Of a stretch of 19,782 nt of DNA, positions 8,233 through 17,154 are shown in pieces. Origin of the DNA: a candidate division WOR-3 bacterium (GTDB taxonomy: Bacteria; Hydrothermota; Hydrothermia; Hydrothermales; Hydrothermaceae). The notes below the pieces were generated by a model that was not told the DNA's origin, ran no database searches, and saw nothing but the letters and a program-made list of their open reading frames with translations. A program made the translations under genes and the position numbers. How positions within the stretch are numbered: the stretch's first letter is position 1; the number at the start of each line of letters is the position of its first letter. The stretch is taken from NCBI GenBank assembly GCA_039803745.1, contig JBDRZD010000034.1, positions 1 through 19,782 on the forward strand, given 5' to 3'.

Positions 8233-8937
8233 TTACCCTCCCTTTGCACTAATAATTCCTTCAATATATTCAAATATATTCGTGATTTCATCTTTAAATG
8301 GGGAATCCTTCCATAAATCTTCATTTTCTTTAATAACATTAAGAATGAGATTTTTGTTATTTTCAAGTTCTTTAAGCATTTCAACCTTCCTTAAAAAATA
8401 ATAAGACTTTTGAAATTTAAATGGTGCAATTTTAATAGCATTTTCAATACTTTTAATTGCTTTATCCTTTTCCTTTCTTGAAAAATAAATCTCTGAAAGA
8501 CCTTCTTCTGCTGCTGCGGTGAGAAATTCATCACCCGATTTTGAGGAGATATATTCTTTAAAGTATCTTTCGGCTTCGTTAAAATCCCCTTTTAGAAATG
8601 AAAGATGTCCTAAATAATAAATTGATTTTTTACCTTCAATTGAATTTCTTGAATTATTATAAATCTGTTTAAACAGTTCCTCAGATTTCTGTAATTCACC
8701 ACCATTTAAAAATGTGAGTGCCTGAATAAAAATCCTTTCTCCTTGAAAATCCTTACCCCCGGTTCTTTTCTGGGTAAGAAAAACTATCAAAATTATAACA
8801 ACGAATAAAATTATAAATATTCCACTTATTTTTTTTGGATCTTTTTTAAATATATCAAAAAAAGAAAGGATTGTTTCTTCAACTTTATCCCTTTTTAATT
8901 CCTCTTTTGTTATTTTTCTTTTTTTCTTAATTTTCAT
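8233..8937 (-). CDS. YfgM-like membrane-anchored tetratricopeptide repeat protein
   Basis: Basic N-terminus KRKITKEELKRD, a single TM helix (ISGIFIILFVVIILIVFL), then TPR helices (YYLGHLSFLKGDFNEAERYFKEYI; GLSEIYFSRKEKDKAIKSIENAI). Confidence 0.75.
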   Translation of the reverse strand: MKIKKKRKITKEELKRDKVEETILSFFDIFKKDPKKISGIFIILFVVIILIVFLTQKRTGGKDFQGERIFIQALTFLNGGELQKSEELFKQIYNNSRNSIEGKKSIYYLGHLSFLKGDFNEAERYFKEYISSKSGDEFLTAAAEEGLSEIYFSRKEKDKAIKSIENAIKIAPFKFQKSYYFLRKVEMLKELENNKNLILNVIKENEDLWKDSPFKDEITNIFEYIEGIISAKGG

Positions 8938-8944
8938 AAATTAA

Positions 8945-8974
8945 ATTATACAAGTTTATAATAGAATTTGTCAA
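8945..8974 (-). promoter_or_regulatory. Sigma70-type promoter for the TPR-DUF4870-clpC-bamA-skp unit
   Basis: The minus strand reads TTGACA (8974-8969), 18 nt, TATAAT (8950-8945), 7 nt, ATG (8937). Both hexamers are perfect consensus and lie in the largest intergenic gap (33 nt) of the minus-strand run. Confidence 0.8.
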
Positions 8975-9996
8975 TCCTTATTTAAATATGGAATCGGGCA
9001 TAAAAAATCGGATTCAAAAATACTGCCTTTAACTCTTTTAATCCTTGCAAGACAACCGAAACAAGATTCAAAAAACTTACAATTCGCACATTCTCCCTTC
9101 CTTTTATCCCTTCTCCTTGCAAATAAGAGTTCTTCATCTCCTTTCATTTTCTCCCATATTTTTTCCAATGAAGTATTTAATATATTTCCTATAGTCCATC
9201 CCTTATCCGCAAACATGCAAGGACGAACATCACCATTTGTTTGAATATAAATGTATTCTCCAGCAATACATCCCTTTTTATTTGCTATTATGCCTGATTC
9301 GGTGCCCTCTTTCCATTTTATCTTCTTTAAGGAAAGATACACATTAAAAAATGGTTCATCAAAAAATAATTTAATTTCTGATTCACCACTTATTTTTATT
9401 ATTCTCTCCATCACTTCAATGTATTCTTTTGGTGAAAGAGATAATTTGTAATAATCATCAAGCGGTTCAAAAGGCTCTAAAGGAATAAAAATTATAACTT
9501 TAACTTTAAATTTTTTTCCCCACTCTACAAAACCTTCTATCTCTTTTTTATTCTTTTTAGACAAAACAACAGTAAACCCATGGAGAATACCGGCATCTTT
9601 AAGAAGATCAACATTTTTAATAAATGTTTCCCATCTTGCCCCGATTTTGATACTCTCATAGGTTCCCTTGTTGCTTCCATCAAAAGAAACAAGTATCTTA
9701 AGATTTTCCATTTCTTTTATATTTTTTATTATTTCTTTATTTAAAAGGAGAGCATTTGTAATTATATAAGTCTTTAAATTATGAATATTCACTCTTTCAA
9801 GAATTTTAAATATATCTTTTCTTAAAAATGGCTCGCCTCCCTCAATTATAATCCATTCAGGGTTAAGTTCTTTAATTTCATCAATAAGGGTAAGTGCCCT
9901 TTCGCAAGATAATTCATTTTCCATCATACCTGTACAATGAATACACCTTAAATTACATTTGTTTGTAATTGCCCAATCAATAAAAATTGGCTTCAT
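8971..9996 (-). CDS. Radical SAM protein with C-terminal SPASM domain (AhbC/AhbD/NirJ/PqqE-like architecture), substrate unknown
   Basis: CxxxCxxC (CNLRCIHC), GGEP, ITNA, VSFDG. SPASM cysteines GCIAG...GDVRPC and CANCKFFESCFGC...DFLC. Confidence 0.92.
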   Translation of the reverse strand: MKPIFIDWAITNKCNLRCIHCTGMMENELSCERALTLIDEIKELNPEWIIIEGGEPFLRKDIFKILERVNIHNLKTYIITNALLLNKEIIKNIKEMENLKILVSFDGSNKGTYESIKIGARWETFIKNVDLLKDAGILHGFTVVLSKKNKKEIEGFVEWGKKFKVKVIIFIPLEPFEPLDDYYKLSLSPKEYIEVMERIIKISGESEIKLFFDEPFFNVYLSLKKIKWKEGTESGIIANKKGCIAGEYIYIQTNGDVRPCMFADKGWTIGNILNTSLEKIWEKMKGDEELLFARRRDKRKGECANCKFFESCFGCLARIKRVKGSIFESDFLCPIPYLNKD

Positions 9997-11047
9997 TTTT
10001 TATTTTTATATAAGAAAGAACATTACCAGTTGCCTCTTTTATAAGAGTCCAATCCACAATATCTTTAAATTTACCACCTAAAATACCATCACCAATAATT
10101 GCACTACCCTGTGCTGCCTCTTTTACTTTTTTCGCAAAACCTTTTAATATAACTATTTCTTTATTAGTTTTATTTTTTATTAAATCAATTAAATCATTAA
10201 TTATAAAGGAATTCCTTGTTAACCTTCCTGAAAGAATAATTGTTTCGGGTTCATAAATTGAAAAAAGTTGATAAATTGCTTTTAAGATTCCCTCTTTAAA
10301 GGCAAGCATTGCTTTTCCTCTATGGGGATTTTTTTCAATCTCATCTATATCATTTATATTCCCAATTATATCTTTAATCCCTCCTCTAAAAAGAGTCTCT
10401 TTAGTAAAATTCTGTAAAAGATAAGCAAGTTCTGCATCCATACTGCCAATGCTTAAAAAGGAAGGACCGGGGAAAAGTGTTCCACCAATTCCATCAATTA
10501 TTCTACCATCTTTAACGAGTAATGCCGCATTATAGCCATATCCTATTTCAACCATAACAAAACTTACATCTTTATAGGAGATATTTTTTCTCAAAGATTC
10601 CATATAAATTGCTAAAACTCCTATTGCAAGTTTATCTGCTGTCCCCATGTCAATTTTATTGAATTTTCTCCATTCCGGAACAGAAGGGAGAAGGATTACA
10701 CTGGGAATAAAATAGGTTTCAGGAAATTTTTCTTTTAATATATCAACCATTTCCTGCAAACCCTTTAAAACAGGTATTCTATTTTTATCTTTTTCAAGTT
10801 CAAGAGTTAGACAGAACCTATCTTTTGGTGTAAGTTCATCTATTCTTTTAAGAGGCACTCCATATCCTGATGGTGCAATTATGATATCAGGTGAAAATTC
10901 AAGCATTTTATCCACAATATAAGAGGGATTATCTGCAACAACTTCCGATGGAAAAGAAAGTTCTAAAAGAGGTGCTCCATCCACCATTCCAAGAATATCA
11001 AAACTTCTTGTCCCTGGGTCAACTCCAATTACTTTTAAATTAGCCAT
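9977..11047 (-). CDS. DUF1464 family protein (COG2441-like, ASKHA/actin-fold predicted kinase)
   Basis: VIGVDPGTRSFD phosphate-1 motif, IIAPSGYG, KIDMGTADK, GRIIDGIGGT, IILSGR and KEAAQGSAIIGDG. Its ~355-aa length matches the family. Confidence 0.85.
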   Translation of the reverse strand: MANLKVIGVDPGTRSFDILGMVDGAPLLELSFPSEVVADNPSYIVDKMLEFSPDIIIAPSGYGVPLKRIDELTPKDRFCLTLELEKDKNRIPVLKGLQEMVDILKEKFPETYFIPSVILLPSVPEWRKFNKIDMGTADKLAIGVLAIYMESLRKNISYKDVSFVMVEIGYGYNAALLVKDGRIIDGIGGTLFPGPSFLSIGSMDAELAYLLQNFTKETLFRGGIKDIIGNINDIDEIEKNPHRGKAMLAFKEGILKAIYQLFSIYEPETIILSGRLTRNSFIINDLIDLIKNKTNKEIVILKGFAKKVKEAAQGSAIIGDGILGGKFKDIVDWTLIKEATGNVLSYIKIKNEANFY

Positions 11048-11048
11048 A

Positions 11049-13262
11049 TTATTTATTTTTAAAAATTTCGATTATCTCTTCTTCTGTTTTTAAAACTTTT
11101 CTTGGTTTTGAGCCTTCTGGTGGCCCTATTATTCCAAGTTTTTCAAGTTCATCCATAATCCTTGCTGCCCTTGCAAACCCTACTTTCAACTTTCTCTGCA
11201 AAAGGGTGGCTGAGGCTTGCTTATGCAGAGCAAAAATCTTCGCTGCTTCAAAAAGAAGGGGGTCCTCACCTTCTATCTCCCCTTCTTCTATTTTAATTTT
11301 TGTTTCCTCTGGCATTCCCCATTCAATCTCAGGGGCAGGTGGATAATAATTTTTTGTAATTTCAATAATTTTATCAAGAGTTTTTTCCTTTTCTTTTTCC
11401 TTCTCAGGAAAATAATCGAAGAAATAATCAGCCATAAGTTCAACTCTTTCATCAAAGGCAGTTTTCTCTCCACCTGTCAGAGTTGAAATCAGTCCATAAT
11501 CTAAAATCTTATTTATCCATGGAGTATAATCATTTTCACCAAAAATCTTTTTTAATTTTTTATTGAGATAATCTATTATCACTTTATTCACTATCCTTTT
11601 TATTTCTTCTTCGTTTATATAAGGACCATGGAGTCTTATTAACTCTGAACTTCCAGGTGGTATAAAAAGCATATCACCCCTTCCCAAAAGTTTTTCTGCA
11701 CCTATTTCATCTAAAACAACCCTTGAATCAACTTTTGATGGAACTTTAAAGGCAACCCTTACAGGAAAATTTGCTTTTATTGTTCCTGTAATCACATCAA
11801 CAGAGGGTCTTTGTGTTGCAACAACAAGATGAATACCTACTGCTCTTGCCATCTGAGCCAAACGCGCAAGCGGCATCTCAACCTGTGCACCTGTCGCAAG
11901 CATAAGATCTGCAAATTCATCTATAACAATTACAATATAGGGCATGTGAAAACATTTAAGCTTTTTAACATTCTTATTATGAGATTCAATATCCCTCACT
12001 CCATCCTTTGCAAAATGTCTATATCTTTCTTCCATCCAGTAAACTGCAAGCTTTAAAATATCAATTGCTTCTTTTCTATCTTTAACAACTGGTTTTAAAA
12101 GGTGGGGGATTCCTTCATAAAAGGAAAGTTCAACCCTTTTAGGATCTATTAAAAGAAATCTTGTTTCAGAATGATTATTTCTTAAAAGTAAAGATGTAAG
12201 CATTGTATTTATACACATTGTTTTTCCGCTTCCTGTTGCCCCTGCAATTAAAAAATGGGGCATCTTTCTTAAATCTGCATAGAATGGCTCACCACCTGTT
12301 GTAACTCCAAGCGGAAAAACTAAATTACTATCAGATTCCAAATACTCCTTTTTATTTAAAAGTTCCTTAACATAAACAATTTTTTGTTTTTTATTTGGTA
12401 TCTCTATTCCAACAAGCCCTTTTTCAGGAAGGGGGGCAACAACCCTTATTCTATGTGATTTCATCCTTAAGGCAAGGTCATCAGCAAGGGAAAGAATCCT
12501 GCTTATCTTTATCCCAGGTGCAGGTTCATAATCATATCTTGTAACAAATGGACCAGGTGATATATTTATAACTTTACCATCTATATTAAATTCTTTAAGT
12601 TTTTCTTCAATTAATCTCGCATTTTCCTCAAGTTCTTTTTTATCAATTACGCTTTCTTCCTCCTTATCTTCAAATTCCTTTAAAAAATCAGAAATTTCAA
12701 TATAACTTTCTGAAACTTCTTTTACCTTTACACTCCTTTTTTTTGTCTCTTTTTCTTCAGATAATTCCTTTGTTTTTGTTTTTCCTTTTTTAGAAATCTT
12801 TATCTCTGGTAAATTTATTTTAAAGCCTATAAAATAAATGGAAAGAATAATGAAAAATATATAAATAATAGGTGGAAAAATGTTTCCAATATACCCTTTG
12901 ATAAATTGGTTGAATAAAATAAAGATGTCTCTATCAGTTGATAATATCTTTAAAAAATAATGGAGCAAAGAGGAAAACAAAAAGGCTATAAAAAGGAAAA
13001 TCGGGATTTTCAAAAAATAGTTTTTATAATCTTTATTAAAAAAAAGATATATTCCAGAAAAAAGTAATATAATATTAACGAGTATTGGAAAAATCTTACC
13101 AAAATAAAGAATTGAATATTTTGAAATAAAATAACCAATTTTACCACCGATATTCTGGAACGGATCAGGTGAAGGATTAAAAAGATAGGATAAAATTGAA
13201 AGAAATATGAACACAGCTATTATAAAGATTAAGCTACCAATAATTTTCACTTCATTCTTCAT
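11049..13262 (-). CDS. ftsK: DNA translocase FtsK
   Basis: N-terminal 4-TM region, alpha domain (GPFVTRY...VGIEIPN), PHFLIAGATGSGKT, LIDPKRVEL, VIDEFADLM, RLAQMARAVGIHLVVATQRPSVDVITG, GAEKLLGRGDML, and gamma domain LQRKLKVGFARAARIMDELE. Confidence 0.96.
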   Translation of the reverse strand: MKNEVKIIGSLIFIIAVFIFLSILSYLFNPSPDPFQNIGGKIGYFISKYSILYFGKIFPILVNIILLFSGIYLFFNKDYKNYFLKIPIFLFIAFLFSSLLHYFLKILSTDRDIFILFNQFIKGYIGNIFPPIIYIFFIILSIYFIGFKINLPEIKISKKGKTKTKELSEEKETKKRSVKVKEVSESYIEISDFLKEFEDKEEESVIDKKELEENARLIEEKLKEFNIDGKVINISPGPFVTRYDYEPAPGIKISRILSLADDLALRMKSHRIRVVAPLPEKGLVGIEIPNKKQKIVYVKELLNKKEYLESDSNLVFPLGVTTGGEPFYADLRKMPHFLIAGATGSGKTMCINTMLTSLLLRNNHSETRFLLIDPKRVELSFYEGIPHLLKPVVKDRKEAIDILKLAVYWMEERYRHFAKDGVRDIESHNKNVKKLKCFHMPYIVIVIDEFADLMLATGAQVEMPLARLAQMARAVGIHLVVATQRPSVDVITGTIKANFPVRVAFKVPSKVDSRVVLDEIGAEKLLGRGDMLFIPPGSSELIRLHGPYINEEEIKRIVNKVIIDYLNKKLKKIFGENDYTPWINKILDYGLISTLTGGEKTAFDERVELMADYFFDYFPEKEKEKEKTLDKIIEITKNYYPPAPEIEWGMPEETKIKIEEGEIEGEDPLLFEAAKIFALHKQASATLLQRKLKVGFARAARIMDELEKLGIIGPPEGSKPRKVLKTEEEIIEIFKNK

Positions 13263-14335
13263 AAATTTTTAATGACGAATTTTTTAAAAATATTTAAATT
13301 TTCTTCCCAATTTGCCCTTTCTTCAATTATTTTTTTATTTATTAAAAATGCTTCCTTTCTTAAATCTCTATTATTGATAGCCTCCTTGAGTTTTAAATAA
13401 AGTTCATCTTTATCTTTCGGATTAAATAAAAAACCATTCACACCGTCCAGAATCCATTCTCTATTACCTTTTATATCCGATACAACAGGGAAAAGACCGA
13501 AACTCATTGCTTCCAAGAGTGAAACACTTGTCCCATCAGAGAGGGAAGAAGAAAGGTAAATACTATCTTCTAAAAGGAGGGATTTCAATTTCTCCTCGTC
13601 TACATATCCATTAAAATTTACTATGTCAAAAAGACCTTCATTATAAATTAATTCTTTAAATTTATTATATAAAGAACCGTAACCGATCCAGTCCACATAA
13701 AAATTTTTTCTTTCTTCATCTTTAAAACATTTTAAAGCCTTTATAATTATTTCCTGATTATAAATTGGTTCCATCTTTCTATATGTTATTACACCCACCT
13801 TGCCGTCCTTAAACTTCTTCTTCTTCCCCATTTCCCTGCATTCCTTCAAAACACCAAAGGGCATAACAAATATTTTATTTTCTTCTATTTTAAAATCACA
13901 AGTTATTATCTCTTTCATAAATTTTGCATCAACAATTATTCCATTTGAATTTTTAAGCATAAATTTTGTTATGAATTTTTTAATCTTATTTTTATAAGGG
14001 AAAATCAAAAGGTCTGAACCCCATATTGTTAAAAAATAGGGAATATTTTTTCTTATTCTTTCAAGAAAAGAAAGGAGACCATAATTTGGAATAAAATGGG
14101 GAAAAATTACATCAGGTTTAATTTTGTTAATCAAATCTTTTAATTTAAAATAGCCACATAAATATTTTGCTCTATTAGAAATTTTAACATCAATTTTTTC
14201 AAACTTTTCAAAATTAAATAAAGGTTTTTCAAAAGAAACAGTATAAACATCCCAACCAAGGAGTTTATAGCCTTCTTCCCATCTTTTTGTATGAACACAG
14301 GAAGCGTCACTTAAAAGAAGGATTCTTTTTATCAT
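13259..14335 (-). CDS. Glycosyltransferase family 4 (GT-B fold)
   Basis: N-terminal ILLLSDASCVHTKRW and IWGSDLL. C-terminal SSSLSDGTSVSLLEAMSFGLFPVVSDIKGNREWILDGVNGFLF. Confidence 0.92.
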   Translation of the reverse strand: MIKRILLLSDASCVHTKRWEEGYKLLGWDVYTVSFEKPLFNFEKFEKIDVKISNRAKYLCGYFKLKDLINKIKPDVIFPHFIPNYGLLSFLERIRKNIPYFLTIWGSDLLIFPYKNKIKKFITKFMLKNSNGIIVDAKFMKEIITCDFKIEENKIFVMPFGVLKECREMGKKKKFKDGKVGVITYRKMEPIYNQEIIIKALKCFKDEERKNFYVDWIGYGSLYNKFKELIYNEGLFDIVNFNGYVDEEKLKSLLLEDSIYLSSSLSDGTSVSLLEAMSFGLFPVVSDIKGNREWILDGVNGFLFNPKDKDELYLKLKEAINNRDLRKEAFLINKKIIEERANWEENLNIFKKFVIKNL

Positions 14336-17154
14336 ATTAAAGGTTTTGAAAATTCTCTATACATCTTTTCAATTTTTAATTTTATTATAATTTCACCATT
14401 GAATTCAATTCTAAGTTCTTTCTCAGGGATTACTTCTCCAATAAATTCTAAAGGTAAACCATTAAAAATTTTTTCAAACTCCTCTTTTTTATCTTTTTCA
14501 ACCTCAACAATTATTCTCCCTGCTGATTCAGAAAACAAAAATTCATCCCATCTTAAAGAACTTTCAATTTTTATAAATGCACCCTTTTCATTTGCAAAGA
14601 GACTCTCTGAAATGGCAACCCCAATCCCACCCTGTGATACATCATGGGCAGATAAAATGTATCCTTTTTTTATCGCTTCATAGATTTTTTCATAGTATTT
14701 TAAGAATTTTTCAGGATAAACTTTTGGAACAAATCCCTTATTATATATCCCCATAATTTTTAAATATTCAGAAGAACCAAGTTCTTTATTTGTTTCCCCT
14801 ATCAAATATATCAAATTCCCTTCTTTCTTAAAAGAGGCAGATACAGGCTCAATTTCATCCTCAACTATTCCTATCCCTGTAATAAGTAAAGTAGCAGGGA
14901 TTTTTACCCTTAAATCCTTTGTCTTAAATTCATTGTATAAACTATCCTTCCCAGAAATAAAAGGGGTTTTATACGCCTTTGCTATATCATAGCATGACTT
15001 ACAACATTCAATTATTTCAGCCATAACCTCCTCATCCTCAGGGTTTGCAAAACAGAAATTGTCTAAAAGAGCAATTTTATCAGGATTTACTCCAACACAT
15101 ATTAAGTTCCTTATTGCTTCATCAATTGCATTTGCAGCCATCCAGTAAGGGGAAATATAGGAGTAAGAAGGGCATAAACCAATTGAAATTGCAATTTTTT
15201 TGTTTGAATTAAATTTTGGTTTTATACATACAGCATCCTGTGGAGAAAAAAATTTATAACCTATAAGTGGTTTTAAACAGGATTTACCCTGAACCTCGTG
15301 ATCATATTGTCTTATTATACTTTCTCTTGAACATATATTAGGAGAGGAAAGGAGTTTTAAAAGTGCTTCTTCTGGTTTAAAAGGTGGTTCAAAATTGAGA
15401 TCTTCTTCCTTATATAAAAATTTCTTTACTTTTCTTATTATTTCAGGTCTTCCTTTATGTAAAAAATCAATATCAATTTCACAAACCTTTTGATCTTTAT
15501 AAAAAAGTTCTAATTTTCCACTATCTGTATATTCACCTATGCATTTTATATCACAGGAGTATTTTTTAAATATTTCTTCAATTTTTTTAATATTTTCTTC
15601 CTTTGCTCCTATTATCATTCTTTCCTGAGATTCAGAAATCCATATTTCAGTATAAGAAAGCCCTTCATATTTAAGTGGAACTTCATCAAGAAAAACTTTA
15701 GCACCACCCGTGATTTGCGCACTCTCACCTATTGCAGAAGAAAGACCCCCGCCTCCACAATCTGTTACAAATTCAATCAAATCTTTATCTCTTGCTTCAA
15801 GTAAAGCATCCTGCAATTTTTTCTCTGTAATCGGGTCTCCTATCTGAACAGCACCTATTGAAACCTCTTCTGATTTTTCTTCAAGTTCACATGAGGCAAA
15901 TGTTACACCATGAATACCGTCTTTACCTGTTTTTCCTCCTGCAAGTAATATTTTGTATCCAGGTTTTAAATTCTTAAAGGCATATTTTTTAGGCATAATT
16001 CCTATTGTTCCACAATAAACAAGAGGGTTTGTTATAAATCCATTATCAATATATACTGCACCTGCACAGGTTGGAATACCCATTCTATTCCCGTAATCCC
16101 TCACACCTGCAACAATCCCTTTTAATATTCTTTTAGGATGTAAAACACCTTCAAGAAGTTTTTCATGGGGGAAATCTAAAGGTCCAACACAGAAAACATC
16201 AATATTTGCTATTGGTTTTGCACCTTTACCAGCACCAAGAATATCTCTTATAACACCTCCTATACCTGTTGAGGCACCACCGTAAGGTTCTATTGCGGAT
16301 GGATGATTATGGGTTTCAACCTTAACAGCGATTGCATCCTCTTCATCAAATTCTATTATACCTGCATTATCTTTAAAAAGAACAAGATAAAAATCCTTTT
16401 TTATTTCTTCACTTACTTTTATTATATAAGTTTTTAAAAGATTATCAATGTATTCCTCTCCATAATAATATTTACCCTTAAATGTTTTATGAACACAATG
16501 CTCTGACCATGTTTGTGCTATTGTCTCTATTTCACAATCCGTTGGATTTCTCCCCATTTTTGAAAAATAATCTTTAATTTTTTTCATCTCTGAAAGATTT
16601 AAAGCAAGCCCTTTTTCTTTTGAATAATTTAAAAGCTGGTCATCATTAAATGAAAGAATAGGAACATAAAGAATTTCAAATTTATAAGGAGAAGGTTTTA
16701 AAAAAATATATTTTATAATCTTTTCCTTTCTTTCAATAACAGGATTATAAAGAAATTTTCTTGCTATATAATCTATTTCTTTTTCATCAAAATCACCCTT
16801 TATCCAATATCTTCTTCCCCTTTTAATCTCCTCAGGTTTTTTAAATCCAAAAAGTTCTATTGACTCCTCTACACTATCACAAACAGGATCTTTAACTCCA
16901 AAATGATATGTTATTTCAAAATCATTTCCTTCAAATTCAAATCTTTCATTTATCTTATAATTTTCAACAATATCCTCACATAAAATTTCCTCTGCAATCC
17001 TTTTTATTTCCTCATATTCATAATTCCCTTTTATCCAGTATATCCTGCTTTCATAAATCTCTGCTTCCTTTTTAAAACCAAGTTCTTTTATACTCTCTTC
17101 AATATCATATCTTCTTGGATTAAAAGGAACAATCTCAATCCTGAAAACATTCAT
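14332..17154 (-). CDS. purL: Phosphoribosylformylglycinamidine synthase subunit PurL with two N-terminal PurS-like domains and no glutaminase (PurQ) domain
   Basis: QTWSEHCVHKTF, DNAGII, KVETHNHPSAIEPYGGASTGIGGVIRD, DYGNRMG, DCGGGG, ISESQERM, QYDHEVQ, FISGKDSLYNE, SAHDVSQGG and LFSES. Confidence 0.96.
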   Translation of the reverse strand: MNVFRIEIVPFNPRRYDIEESIKELGFKKEAEIYESRIYWIKGNYEYEEIKRIAEEILCEDIVENYKINERFEFEGNDFEITYHFGVKDPVCDSVEESIELFGFKKPEEIKRGRRYWIKGDFDEKEIDYIARKFLYNPVIERKEKIIKYIFLKPSPYKFEILYVPILSFNDDQLLNYSKEKGLALNLSEMKKIKDYFSKMGRNPTDCEIETIAQTWSEHCVHKTFKGKYYYGEEYIDNLLKTYIIKVSEEIKKDFYLVLFKDNAGIIEFDEEDAIAVKVETHNHPSAIEPYGGASTGIGGVIRDILGAGKGAKPIANIDVFCVGPLDFPHEKLLEGVLHPKRILKGIVAGVRDYGNRMGIPTCAGAVYIDNGFITNPLVYCGTIGIMPKKYAFKNLKPGYKILLAGGKTGKDGIHGVTFASCELEEKSEEVSIGAVQIGDPITEKKLQDALLEARDKDLIEFVTDCGGGGLSSAIGESAQITGGAKVFLDEVPLKYEGLSYTEIWISESQERMIIGAKEENIKKIEEIFKKYSCDIKCIGEYTDSGKLELFYKDQKVCEIDIDFLHKGRPEIIRKVKKFLYKEEDLNFEPPFKPEEALLKLLSSPNICSRESIIRQYDHEVQGKSCLKPLIGYKFFSPQDAVCIKPKFNSNKKIAISIGLCPSYSYISPYWMAANAIDEAIRNLICVGVNPDKIALLDNFCFANPEDEEVMAEIIECCKSCYDIAKAYKTPFISGKDSLYNEFKTKDLRVKIPATLLITGIGIVEDEIEPVSASFKKEGNLIYLIGETNKELGSSEYLKIMGIYNKGFVPKVYPEKFLKYYEKIYEAIKKGYILSAHDVSQGGIGVAISESLFANEKGAFIKIESSLRWDEFLFSESAGRIIVEVEKDKKEEFEKIFNGLPLEFIGEVIPEKELRIEFNGEIIIKLKIEKMYREFSKPLI

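Noticed and set aside
7888..8974. CtsR or CIRCE heat-shock operator upstream of clpC
   Set aside because: No GGTCAAA direct repeat or TTAGCACTC inverted repeat was found by eye.
8971..9996. Radical SAM as AmrS, partner of the AMMECR1 gene
   Set aside because: AmrS is PFL-activase-like with an N-terminal Cys cluster and no SPASM domain. This protein has a different architecture and is ~9 kb away.
8938..11048. RiPP cluster around the rSAM/SPASM gene
   Set aside because: No precursor ORF, RRE/PqqD domain, peptidase or transporter is visible. Intergenic gaps are 33 nt or less.
11380..11405. EKEKEKEK microsatellite-like stretch in ftsK
   Set aside because: Mixed codons, in frame, and ordinary low complexity for a K/E-rich proteome.
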